Part shown: piece by piece, positions 28,310-36,491 of the stretch
Layout of the letters: each line of letters begins with the position of its first letter
Position numbering within the stretch: position 1 is the stretch's first letter
Assembly (NCBI GenBank): GCA_027001995.1
Contig: JALTLO010000138.1
Coordinates: forward strand, 1 to 42,868
DNA from: Planctomycetota bacterium
GTDB lineage: Bacteria; Planctomycetota; GCA-002687715; DRQF01
Length of the DNA stretch: 42,868 bases
Direction of reading: 5' to 3'
Position numbers and translations under genes: made by a program
The notes under the pieces: generated by a model
What the model was told of the DNA's origin: nothing
The model's database searches: none
The model's input: the letters and a program-made list of their open reading frames with translations, nothing else

Positions 28310-29020
28310 ACAGGCGCGGCAGAATGAATGTGGCAAATCCATACAGTCATGGGTCCCAACCCGAGCTCACGATACAAGTCTCACTTTCGAGGCTACGGTT
28401 TAGGATGGGGTCTAAGCGACATGAGAGGAAATTTGGTTGTATCCCACACCGGTGGTCTTCCGGGCATGCTTTCAAAGACCATTCTCATCCCCGACCTGAA
28501 CTTGGGCATTGTTTTGCTGTCGAACACCAGCAACGGCGGTGGCGGTCTTTTCGAATCGGTCACCCGAACCATCGTCGACAGCTATCTTGGGCTGGAAGAC
28601 TTTGGCTGGATCGAGAAATTCGTCGCAGCAACTCAAAGACGAGCAAGCCACGGAGACGCGGTTTCGGCCCGGGTTTGGCAAACCGTGGAAAAGGCAAAGA
28701 ATACAGCAATCGTTCATGAGAATTTCGTTGGTATCTACGCCGACAAATGGTTCGGCAAGATCGAAGTTTTCATGAAAGGAAAACGCATGTGGATCAAGTG
28801 TCTTCGCTCACCCAAGCTAAATGGCCCCATGCAATTTTACAAAGCCAACACATTCGCGGTGAAATGGGAGTATCAAGATATGGTTGCGGACGCCTTTGTC
28901 AACTTCATGCTAGACGAAGAAGGTAAAGCTCAAGGGTTTAAGATGAAAGGAATCTCACCCAACATCGATTTCAGCTTCGACTTCCATGATCTCGACCTCA
29001 AACGAATCCAATCCAAATAG
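28310..29020 (+). pseudogene. C-terminal fragment of a beta-lactamase-family serine hydrolase (with DUF3471-like domain)
   Basis: YGLGW, HTGGLPG, LGIVLLSN and GIYADKWFG..IEV motifs are present, but the SxxK and YxN regions are missing. An in-frame TGA lies directly before ATG 28328. Confidence 0.75.
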
Positions 29021-29435
29021 TTCACCACCTTTTCGTAAACGAGGAGAGGCGGACCGACTTCCAATGCCCGTTCCTCAGAGCCTCTTGTGGCCAGTCTCCC
29101 CTCCTCGCCCCTTGGACGGTTGGGCAGCCTTCGATCTGGCATGTTTTCCGAATAATCACAACAATCTCATAAATGGGTCAAGGCAAGCTTTTCCACCACC
29201 AAGAAGATGTCAAGGGCCCCAGACCAAGACCACAGCTATCACAGATTGCACCGGGCCTCCTTCCAATCGCCACGCCCCGTCAAAGATCAGAAAACTTATT
29301 ATCTCGTCCTGTTCAGAATGGTTGCTTTTCATTATCCTTCTGCCGCGGTTGAGCATCGGGGGCAAAGGCTCATCCGTCCAGGCAGTTGACTAGCGGGCAC
29401 ACGTTTGTCTGCAACAAGAGGATCCGCAGACGACC

Positions 29436-31064
29436 ATGGTCTCCAACAAGAATTCATCCACACCGTTCACGCTCTACTCGTGGTCCGACCAAGTCTTTCA
29501 ACAACTCTTTGCCCAATCTCCCGATGCACTCATTGTGGCTCAAGAAGATGGCTTGGTCCATTGGGCCAATAGCGCCGCGATCTCCTGGTTAGGGTTAGAA
29601 CCGAGCGACTTCGATCGCCTCCCCCAAACACTGATGCAAAACGGGGAAATCGAGGCAGCCGATGGGCGTGTGGGTGAAGCGCGGGTCTTGGGGTTCCAAT
29701 GGCAGGAAGAATCGGCGCGCCTCATTTCGATCCGGGACATCACGTATCGCCACCGTCGGGAAAAGGCACTTCAGCAACGAACCAAACAACTCGAATCCCT
29801 CAACGCCAACCTGGAACACTTAGCCCACTTTGACCCGCTTACCTCGGCCCTCAACCGCCGGGGATTAGAAAGAAAGCTCGCCATTGAAATCGACCGGGCA
29901 GACCGGGAAGGCACATCTTCTGCAGCGGTCATGATCGACTTTGACAATTTCAAGAAGCTCAATGAAGACTTTGGGCATGCGGTGGCTGACCGGGTCCTGG
30001 TTCATGTCACTCGCATCTTCAAATCCCTGCTGCGCCCTCAAGATTTGGTGGCCAGAATTGGTGGCGACGAGTTCTTGCTCATTCTGCCGGATACAAGAGA
30101 AGCAGAGGCCATGCGAGTAGCCGAGCGACTGCGATCCAGCGTCGAAAGGCAACCTTACCACAGTAGCAACCAAGAAGTGCCGGTCACAATTAGTTTGGGT
30201 CTAAGCCAAGTATCGGCCCACGACGGCGGGATTTCTCAAGTATTGGCAGACGCCAGATGTGCCTTGGAACAAGGAAAACGCTCAGGAAAGAACTGCGTTG
30301 GCATGTCCATTTCTCAAAGCCAACAAAATCAACCCGGCCTGGAAAACGTCCTGGGACTCCTCAAAGGAGCCGCCGCTATCCGGCCAGTGAATCTCCCAGT
30401 CTGGAACTTGCATACCAACGAAGTTGTTGGTCAAGAGATCCTCAGCAGGGGCCCCGTGGGCCCCTTCGAGATGCCCATCGATTTATTCCGTGCCTGCCCA
30501 GATGAAGGGGTTGAAGGAGCTCTCGATCTCCTTTGCTTAAGAAGCTGCATCGCCGCCGGCCTGAAGCTGGCGCAAAAAGGGCAGCAAATATTTCTCAACA
30601 TCCTCCCCACCACCCTGCAAAACGTGGATGCCTCTGTTCTGTTATCCCACTTTCCCGATCACATCCAAGCAGGTCAGTTTTGCATCGAAATCAGCGAACA
30701 ACACGTGATCGGAGATCCGGCCAAACTCTGCGGCATTCTCAATAACTTGCGAGAAAGCGGCCTCACCATCGCCATCGATGACGTGGGTTTCGGGCGTAGT
30801 TCGCTGGAGGCTCTGGTGCTCTTAGAGCCCGACATCATTAAGATCGCTCGAAGATTTGGCCGAGGAGCGGCCCAAGACGTTGGACTCCGCCGGTCCTTTG
30901 AACGCTTGGTCCGGGTGGCCAAGGCCTTGGGTGCCACCTGCATCGCTGAAGGCATCGAGACAGCCGAAAACCTCAAAGTGGTCCGAGACTTAGGCGCTGA
31001 CTTGGGGCAGGGCTTCTATTGGGGGAAACCTCAGGAAATCAAAGCCTTTAGCGCCGACTGTTAG
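29436..31064 (+). CDS. PAS-like/GGDEF/EAL diguanylate cyclase-phosphodiesterase
   Basis: DPLTSALNRR, RPQD I-site, intact GGDEF, EILSR, EISE, DDVGFG, AEGIE and QGFY motifs. Confidence 0.93.
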   Translation: MVSNKNSSTPFTLYSWSDQVFQQLFAQSPDALIVAQEDGLVHWANSAAISWLGLEPSDFDRLPQTLMQNGEIEAADGRVGEARVLGFQWQEESARLISIRDITYRHRREKALQQRTKQLESLNANLEHLAHFDPLTSALNRRGLERKLAIEIDRADREGTSSAAVMIDFDNFKKLNEDFGHAVADRVLVHVTRIFKSLLRPQDLVARIGGDEFLLILPDTREAEAMRVAERLRSSVERQPYHSSNQEVPVTISLGLSQVSAHDGGISQVLADARCALEQGKRSGKNCVGMSISQSQQNQPGLENVLGLLKGAAAIRPVNLPVWNLHTNEVVGQEILSRGPVGPFEMPIDLFRACPDEGVEGALDLLCLRSCIAAGLKLAQKGQQIFLNILPTTLQNVDASVLLSHFPDHIQAGQFCIEISEQHVIGDPAKLCGILNNLRESGLTIAIDDVGFGRSSLEALVLLEPDIIKIARRFGRGAAQDVGLRRSFERLVRVAKALGATCIAEGIETAENLKVVRDLGADLGQGFYWGKPQEIKAFSADC

Positions 31065-31254
31065 TCGCCCATTTCCCTGCAAGAATACCCAACCCAGCCA
31101 AAACCCAATTTCTAAATAGCGGACTTTTTGAGTTGCGCCCTGAGTTCTATAGTGTGCCTTCGAAGATGGAAGCCACTTCCGTCGGCGAGTGGGATATGAT
31201 GATGTATGAACCCACCCAAGCGGCCACTGTGATCGGGAAAGAGACTCGCCTGTC

Positions 31255-32097
31255 ATGCTTTATCGCTTGATGCGAACAATACGCGAACGTGCGGAAGACC
31301 AAGCGTCAAAGCGCACCCTGAGTGAAGACAAGGCCACTCTCAGCAAGACGAATGCCCCGGTGGTCATTGGCGGTACCGGCGGCTCCGGTACTCGTACGAT
31401 ATCGCGTATTTTGACCCACGCTGCCTTTTCTTTGGGAGAAAACCTCAACGTCGCCAACGATTCCTTGGATTTGGCCGCATTCCTCCATCATTGGGTTCCA
31501 CAGTGGGTAGAAGCTGGCGGCCAAGATTTAGGCGGAAGCCGCCAAGAACGCATGGATCGCCATTTTTTGGCTGCCTTGGTGCGATTGCGGGGCGAAGAGC
31601 CCCAAGAGAAGGACAATTGGTTGATCAAGAATCCACGGCTCATGTTCATTTTGCCATTTGTGAATCGCCATTTTCCAACCTTCAAATTCGTCCATCTGGT
31701 CCGTGATGGCCGTGACATGGCATTTTCCGGAAACCAAGGGCAATTGGCCTACCTGGGATCCAAATTCTTGGACCACCCTGTCGACAAGACAAATCCCGTT
31801 CACTCAGCAGAATTGTGGGCGAAAGCGAACATGGAAATTCACCACTACGGCAAGACTGTCCTCGATGGACGCTATCTCCAAATCCGCTTCGAGGATCTCT
31901 GTCACCAACCCCAAGAAACGGCAACCAAGCTCTTTCACTTCCTTGGTCAAAAAGGAGATGTGGTTGAAGCAAGCGCCGAGATCACCCCACCGAGCAGTTT
32001 AGGACGATGGAAGAAAGAGCCCTCCCACCTCCTGAGCTTGGTTCAGAAGGCCTGCCAGCCCGCACTCGACGCATTTGGCTATGAGAGCAACTCCTGA
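31255..32097 (+). CDS. Sulfotransferase family protein
   Basis: IGGTGGSGTR P-loop, KNP, HLVRDGRDMAFS, IRFEDL and SLGRWK motifs. Confidence 0.85.
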   Translation: MLYRLMRTIRERAEDQASKRTLSEDKATLSKTNAPVVIGGTGGSGTRTISRILTHAAFSLGENLNVANDSLDLAAFLHHWVPQWVEAGGQDLGGSRQERMDRHFLAALVRLRGEEPQEKDNWLIKNPRLMFILPFVNRHFPTFKFVHLVRDGRDMAFSGNQGQLAYLGSKFLDHPVDKTNPVHSAELWAKANMEIHHYGKTVLDGRYLQIRFEDLCHQPQETATKLFHFLGQKGDVVEASAEITPPSSLGRWKKEPSHLLSLVQKACQPALDAFGYESNS

Positions 32098-32191
32098 ATT
32101 CCAGAAAATCGCTGCTTTTGTTATGGTCAGCCGGTCAGACAGGGCCGAAACTGCCCGATTTTCTTGTCTACGGTCGAAAGCCCCATAAGTC

Positions 32192-32977
32192 GTGAATCTC
32201 GCAAATCACAAACTCGCCTTTGTCGTCGGCCTCCATGCCAGCGGAACTTCCGTACTTTCACGGCTGCTCAAGCAACACGACGACATTTCCGGTTTCGAGG
32301 ATACCGGGGTCCCAGAAGATGAAGGGCAACACCTTCAAACCGTCGTTCCACCGGCCAATTCCTTGGGTGGCCCCGGGATGTTTGCTTTCCATCCAGATGC
32401 CGCAATGACAGAAGAACACCCTCTGGTCAGCGAAGAGTCCCGAGAAAAGTTGCTTCGAGAATGGCAGCATCACTGGGATCCCAGCAAGAAAGTGCTTTTA
32501 GAGAAATCCCCTCCCACAGTCGTCCGCACCAGGTTCTTTCAGGCGCTATTTCCCCAATCTCGATTCATCTGCCTGACAAGGCACCCCATTGCGGTGGGCT
32601 ACGGCACCCAAATGTGGAGCGAAACAACCACAGAAGACCTCTTAGACCATTGGCTAAGAGCCCACGAGAGCTTGGCGCGGGACATCGAATCCTTGGACTG
32701 CATCCTTACCCTCAAGTACGAAGACTTACTGGCAAACCCCGTCGCCGCCATCGAAAAAATACATCGGTTTTTGGACCTTCCTCAGCAGTCACCTAAACTT
32801 CCTGATGCCTTCGAGACAAATGACGCCTACTTCGATATGTGGCGTCAACTCTCGGAAAACAGCAAAGACGAGTTTCACCGATTCGTAGAAAAACATGAAT
32901 CGTCCTTTCGTAGTTTCGGCTACAGCCTCTCCGACCTCGATTGGTCCGGGGAGTCCCGACTCGAACGGAAAAACTGA
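32192..32977 (+). CDS. Sulfotransferase family protein
   Basis: FVVGLHASGTS, EDEGQHLQ, LEKSP, RHP and KYEDL motifs; GTG start. Confidence 0.85.
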   Translation: MNLANHKLAFVVGLHASGTSVLSRLLKQHDDISGFEDTGVPEDEGQHLQTVVPPANSLGGPGMFAFHPDAAMTEEHPLVSEESREKLLREWQHHWDPSKKVLLEKSPPTVVRTRFFQALFPQSRFICLTRHPIAVGYGTQMWSETTTEDLLDHWLRAHESLARDIESLDCILTLKYEDLLANPVAAIEKIHRFLDLPQQSPKLPDAFETNDAYFDMWRQLSENSKDEFHRFVEKHESSFRSFGYSLSDLDWSGESRLERKN

Positions 32978-33025
32978 CCGATCGCTACCATTTCGGAACG
33001 CGGTCCAAGAACATTGGAGGTTCCC

Positions 33026-33661
33026 ATGGATTTATTAGAAGCAATCCGTTCCCGGCGAAGCGTCAAGCACTTCGATCCTGAGCACAAAATCACGGATGAA
33101 GAACTCAAACACCTTTTCGAGTTCGTGGCCCTGACGCCCAGCTCATTCAATATGCAAAACTGGCATTTCGTCGCCGTCCGCGATCAAGACTTAAAAGAAA
33201 AAATCTGCGCTGCAGCTTGGAATCAAGCACAAGTAAAAGATGCTTCTGTCACTGTCGTCCTCTGTGGCGCAATGGAGGCTTACAAGAAGGTTGATCGCTA
33301 TCTGCGCTTGGCCCCAGACGAAGTCAAAGACATGTTTGGCAACATGATTCCAGGGTTCTACGCCAGCAATGACCAACTATTGCGCGACGAAGCTTGCCGG
33401 AGCATCGGCTTGGCCAGCATGACGATGATGCTCATGGCCAAAGAGATGGGTTACGATTCTTGCCCCATGATCGGCTTTGATCCCAAGAAGGTCTCCGAGA
33501 TTTGCCAACTACCAGACGACCAAGTCCCACTCCTCATGGTCACCATTGGCAAAATGAAAGAACCGGCTCGCCCCAGAATGGGCCTGCTGAATCTTGAAGA
33601 AATCGTCTCCTTGGACACGTTCGGCAACAACGGCCTGACCGGTGAGATAGACGACTCCTGA
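33026..33661 (+). CDS. Nitroreductase family protein
   Basis: AIRSRRSVKHFD, TPSSFNMQNWHF and GYDSCPMIGFD motifs; GGAGG RBS before ATG 33026. Confidence 0.93.
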   Translation: MDLLEAIRSRRSVKHFDPEHKITDEELKHLFEFVALTPSSFNMQNWHFVAVRDQDLKEKICAAAWNQAQVKDASVTVVLCGAMEAYKKVDRYLRLAPDEVKDMFGNMIPGFYASNDQLLRDEACRSIGLASMTMMLMAKEMGYDSCPMIGFDPKKVSEICQLPDDQVPLLMVTIGKMKEPARPRMGLLNLEEIVSLDTFGNNGLTGEIDDS

Positions 33662-33757
33662 TTGACCGTGAGACCGATCAAAGTTTTGTTAGACTGAGCC
33701 GTTGGGGTAGCCACCTCAATGGCTCAAGTCATTTCATAGCAAGGATTTACAAGCACC

Positions 33758-35131
33758 ATGGCAACGCGCGACAAAGTCCTGGTAGCCAACGGGCAAGGTT
33801 TCTGGGGTGACAGCATCCTCGGACCAGTTCGATTGGTCAACGAAGGCCCCCTGGACTACCTGACCCTCGATTATCTTGCTGAAGTGACCCTCAGCATCAT
33901 GCAGAAGCTGCGCTCGCGCGACCCAGAAGATGGTTACGCCACTGAATTCGTCACGATGATCGAAAGGGTGATGCCCACCTGCCAAGAAAAAGGCATTCGA
34001 ATTATCGCCAACGCGGGAGGGGTCAATCCCCAGGCCTGCCGAAAAGCTGTGGCTGCCACCATCAAGAAACTCGGTCTCAAAGGCATCAAGATCGCCGTCG
34101 TCGAAGGCGACGACATTTTGCACGACTTAAACGACCTCATTGATGGGGGCGAAGAGTTACTCAACATGGACACCGGCGAGAAGCTTAAACCTCACTTGGA
34201 TAAGGTGTCCAGTGCCAACGTCTATATCGGTGCTCGCCCCATCGTCGAAGCCTTAGAGCAAGGCGCTGACATCATCATCACCGGACGGGCTACAGATCCT
34301 TCCTTGGTTGTGGCTCCCCTCATACACGAGTTCGGCTGGAGCTTCGACGACTTCGACAAAGTTGCCGCCGCCACCGTGGCTGGCCACATCGTTGAATGTG
34401 GTGCCCAATGCACTGGAGGCAATTTCACTGATTGGCAATCTGTCCCCGACATGGCCCACATAGGCTATCCCGTGATCGAAGCCTATCCCAATGGCGAATT
34501 CGTCGTGACCAAACATGAAGGCACTGGTGGCTTGGTTTCAGTCGAGACCGTGACTTCACAATTGGTCTACGAGATGGGCGACCCTGCCAACTACATCACT
34601 CCAGATGGTTTGGCTGACTTCACCAGCATCAACCTTGAACAAGTCGGTGAGAACCGCGTCAAGGTCAGTGGCATCAAGGGCAAACCAGCCACGCCAACCT
34701 ACAAAGTTTCCGTTTCCTACCACCAAGGCTACAAGACTGTCGGCCAACTCACCGTGGCTGGCCCAGACGCCGTGGCGAAAGCCAAACTCTGTGCAGACAT
34801 CGTCTTTGACCGAGTGAAGTTCGACGGCTACGAATTCAGCGACGAAGAAAAAATGGTCGAGATCGTTGGCACCAACGTTTGCCACGCAGGAATCGCCGAT
34901 GCCCCAGCTGAACCGGCGGAAGTCATTCTGCGGGTGGGGGCCAAGGGCACAGACAAAGAGAAAATCAATCGCTTGGGCATGGAAATCGTGCCCTTGGTGA
35001 CCAGCGGTCCTCCCGGTGTCACTGGATTTGCGGGGGGACGCCCGAAGGCCACAGACATCATTAGCTACTGGCCTGCACTCATTGACAAAAACTTGATCAA
35101 GACAAAGGTCTCTGTTGAGGAGGTGAACTAA
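33758..35131 (+). CDS. Acyclic terpene utilization AtuA-family protein (DUF1446)
   Basis: ANGQGFWGDS, DYLAEVT, NAGGVNP, SANVYIGA, GRATD, GHIVECGAQCTGGNF and QLVYE motifs. Confidence 0.92.
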   Translation: MATRDKVLVANGQGFWGDSILGPVRLVNEGPLDYLTLDYLAEVTLSIMQKLRSRDPEDGYATEFVTMIERVMPTCQEKGIRIIANAGGVNPQACRKAVAATIKKLGLKGIKIAVVEGDDILHDLNDLIDGGEELLNMDTGEKLKPHLDKVSSANVYIGARPIVEALEQGADIIITGRATDPSLVVAPLIHEFGWSFDDFDKVAAATVAGHIVECGAQCTGGNFTDWQSVPDMAHIGYPVIEAYPNGEFVVTKHEGTGGLVSVETVTSQLVYEMGDPANYITPDGLADFTSINLEQVGENRVKVSGIKGKPATPTYKVSVSYHQGYKTVGQLTVAGPDAVAKAKLCADIVFDRVKFDGYEFSDEEKMVEIVGTNVCHAGIADAPAEPAEVILRVGAKGTDKEKINRLGMEIVPLVTSGPPGVTGFAGGRPKATDIISYWPALIDKNLIKTKVSVEEVN

Positions 35132-35463
35132 TGGCTCGGGTTAAGCTCTCAGAAATCGCCTACGCCCGCTCCGGCGACAAGGGCGACGGCAGCAACGTTG
35201 GCATTGTGGCGAGAAACGCAGCCGCCTACGAATTCTTGGTGAAGGAGCTCACTACTGAGCGCATCAAGGAGCACTTCAAAGACATCTGTTTTGGTGCCGT
35301 TGATCGCTACGAAGCTCCCAACATCTTGGCGCTCAACTTCTTACTTCATGACTCCCTGGGTGGCGGCGGCTCAGAAAGCCTCAAGACCGATGCTCAGGGT
35401 AAGACCCATGGGTTGGGTTTGCTCTACATGGAAGTTGACGTCCCGGACGAGTTGCTCAACTAA
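35131..35463 (+). CDS. AtuA C-terminal-like (ferredoxin-fold) protein
   Basis: [23 protein letters not shown] and D.QGK motifs; TAATG overlap with the upstream gene. Confidence 0.88.
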   Translation: MARVKLSEIAYARSGDKGDGSNVGIVARNAAAYEFLVKELTTERIKEHFKDICFGAVDRYEAPNILALNFLLHDSLGGGGSESLKTDAQGKTHGLGLLYMEVDVPDELLN

Positions 35464-36416
35464 TGGGATCAACGATCAACAAACTCAGGCAGCAGGCTTG
35501 GGGACGCTCTCGCAAGGTCATCTTTCCCGAGATTTCCGATGTCCGGGTGCAAGATGCGGCCAAGATCTTTCAATCTGAAGACCTTGGCCAAGCCATCTTG
35601 GTCGATCCTCCCATGGGTTACGAACCTGCTCCCGGTACGCTGATCATCAAACGCGGTGATGGCCAGTTAGAAGAACGCTGCCTCGCCGAGTACATGCAAG
35701 TGCGAGCTAAGAAAGGCATCACCCCAGAACAAGCCCGCAATGAACTTGAGGACCCACTCCTTTTCGCTGCCCTCTTAGTACGTTTAGGTATCGCCAATGC
35801 ATCCGTAGCAGGAAGCGAAGCCACCACAGCCCAGGTGCTGCGCGCTGGCATCAAGGGAATCGGCGTTGCACCCAACACCACTTTGGTCTCAAGCTTCTTC
35901 CTCATGGAGTTGGCAGACCGAGCTGTCACTTTTGCCGATTGCGGTGTGGTCCCAGACCCAGATGCCAAAGGCTTGGCTGCCATCGCCATCAGCTCTGCCG
36001 AAAGTCACAAGCTTCTCACCCGTGAAGAACCACGGGTTGCCCTCCTTTCGTTTTCTACCAAAGGCAGCGCCGAGCACCCCAAGGTGCAAAAAGTGAGAGA
36101 TGCTTTGGAGATCGTAAAACGAGAAGCACCTCAGTTGGCAGTTGACGGCGAATTGCAATTTGACGCAGCTTGGCTACCAGCCATCGCCAAACGCAAAGCC
36201 CCCCAATCGAACGTCGCCGGCCGTGCCAACGTCTTCGTCTTCCCAGACTTGGACTCCGGTAACATCGCCTACAAGATCACTGAGCGCTTGGCTGGTGCCA
36301 CAGCTTTAGGGCCCTTGGTTCAAGGGCTCGCCAAACCCTTCATGGATCTCTCTCGAGGCTGCACCTCCCAAGACATCGTCGAAGTCGCCGTCGTCGCCTC
36401 TTGCCTGAGTCGATAG
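35463..36416 (+). CDS. pta: Phosphate acetyltransferase
   Basis: [50 protein letters not shown] and DLSRGC motifs; TAATG overlap. Confidence 0.9.
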   Translation: MGSTINKLRQQAWGRSRKVIFPEISDVRVQDAAKIFQSEDLGQAILVDPPMGYEPAPGTLIIKRGDGQLEERCLAEYMQVRAKKGITPEQARNELEDPLLFAALLVRLGIANASVAGSEATTAQVLRAGIKGIGVAPNTTLVSSFFLMELADRAVTFADCGVVPDPDAKGLAAIAISSAESHKLLTREEPRVALLSFSTKGSAEHPKVQKVRDALEIVKREAPQLAVDGELQFDAAWLPAIAKRKAPQSNVAGRANVFVFPDLDSGNIAYKITERLAGATALGPLVQGLAKPFMDLSRGCTSQDIVEVAVVASCLSR

Positions 36417-36491
36417 TTTTTCCACGAAAGGAATTCGAGTTCGTTTTCAAGAATTCACTTGAGCACTTTGGCCGAACAAACCAGTAGCCGC

